Below are positions 63,874-64,000 of a stretch of DNA of 64,000 nt, one piece after another. The DNA lies in contig JBJACV010000007.1 in NCBI GenBank assembly GCA_046604365.1, positions 121,877 through 185,876 on the forward strand, read 5' to 3'. Position 1 is the first letter of the stretch. Each line of letters begins with the position of its first letter. The position numbers were made by a program, and so were the translations under genes. The stretch is from Nitrospira sp. Lineage in GTDB: Bacteria > Nitrospirota > Nitrospiria > Nitrospirales > Nitrospiraceae. A model generated the notes under the pieces. It saw only the letters and a list, made by a program, of their open reading frames with translations, had not been told where the DNA came from and searched no databases.

Positions 63874-64000
63874 GATCTCGGGGCACAAGAATCGTCACAC
63901 GTTGCTTCTCAGCCAGCCAACGAGGGAAGATACTCCAAGCATGAGAGTGGTCCCTCGCTTGAGATAAGGGAAGTACGATACACGTGTCGTCGTTATCTGT

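Overview
The window looks like a core chromosomal segment of a GC-rich bacterium. Gene content and protein sequences suggest a Nitrospirota or Nitrospira-like organism, but this taxonomic guess is inference only. Coding density is high and I saw no IS element, prophage, CRISPR array or obvious defence island. From left to right the window contains: purU (partial), rimO, a gamma-carbonic-anhydrase-like gene, an M28 peptidase, and argB-hslU-hslV-xerC-trmFO on the minus strand. Then come tRNA-Val, two lipoprotein genes, and dksA-recR-ybaB-dnaX-ffs(SRP RNA)-tRNA-Ser on the minus strand. tRNA-Leu and tig-clpP-clpX follow, then two tandem PilZ-like paralogs, an unusually long TatA-like gene, peptidases, a glutamine amidotransferase, an amino-acid permease, and nagZ, pepA, queE and a HAD hydrolase. 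After a second tRNA-Leu there is a five-gene signalling island: a 1606-aa kinase with nine PAS domains plus GAF, a NarL-type regulator, a hybrid kinase with a cysteine-less LOV-like domain, a CheY-like regulator and a membrane protein. Next are priA, an OmpA-family gene, and a 12-gene complex I operon. A CHASE3 kinase / receiver / hybrid-kinase relay closes the window. The most unusual items are: (1) the complex I operon, ordered nuoA-B-C-D-G'-I-J-K-L-M-M'-N, with two NuoM-type subunits, a long NuoL, and no nuoE, nuoF or nuoH in cis; the second NuoM also lacks the conserved TM7 lysine. (2) A PriA whose Walker A, DEEH and arginine-finger motifs are all degenerate. (3) A LOV-fold PAS domain lacking the photoactive cysteine and most flavin contacts. 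(4) Tandem PilZ paralogs with a degenerate second c-di-GMP motif. (5) A TatA with a roughly 220-aa extension. (6) Several non-coding oddities: a consensus promoter driving a structured, U-tract-terminated leader directly upstream of a tRNA, twin GATC-loop hairpins, and a short dispersed GC-rich motif. All family calls rest on motif recognition by eye. No searches were run.
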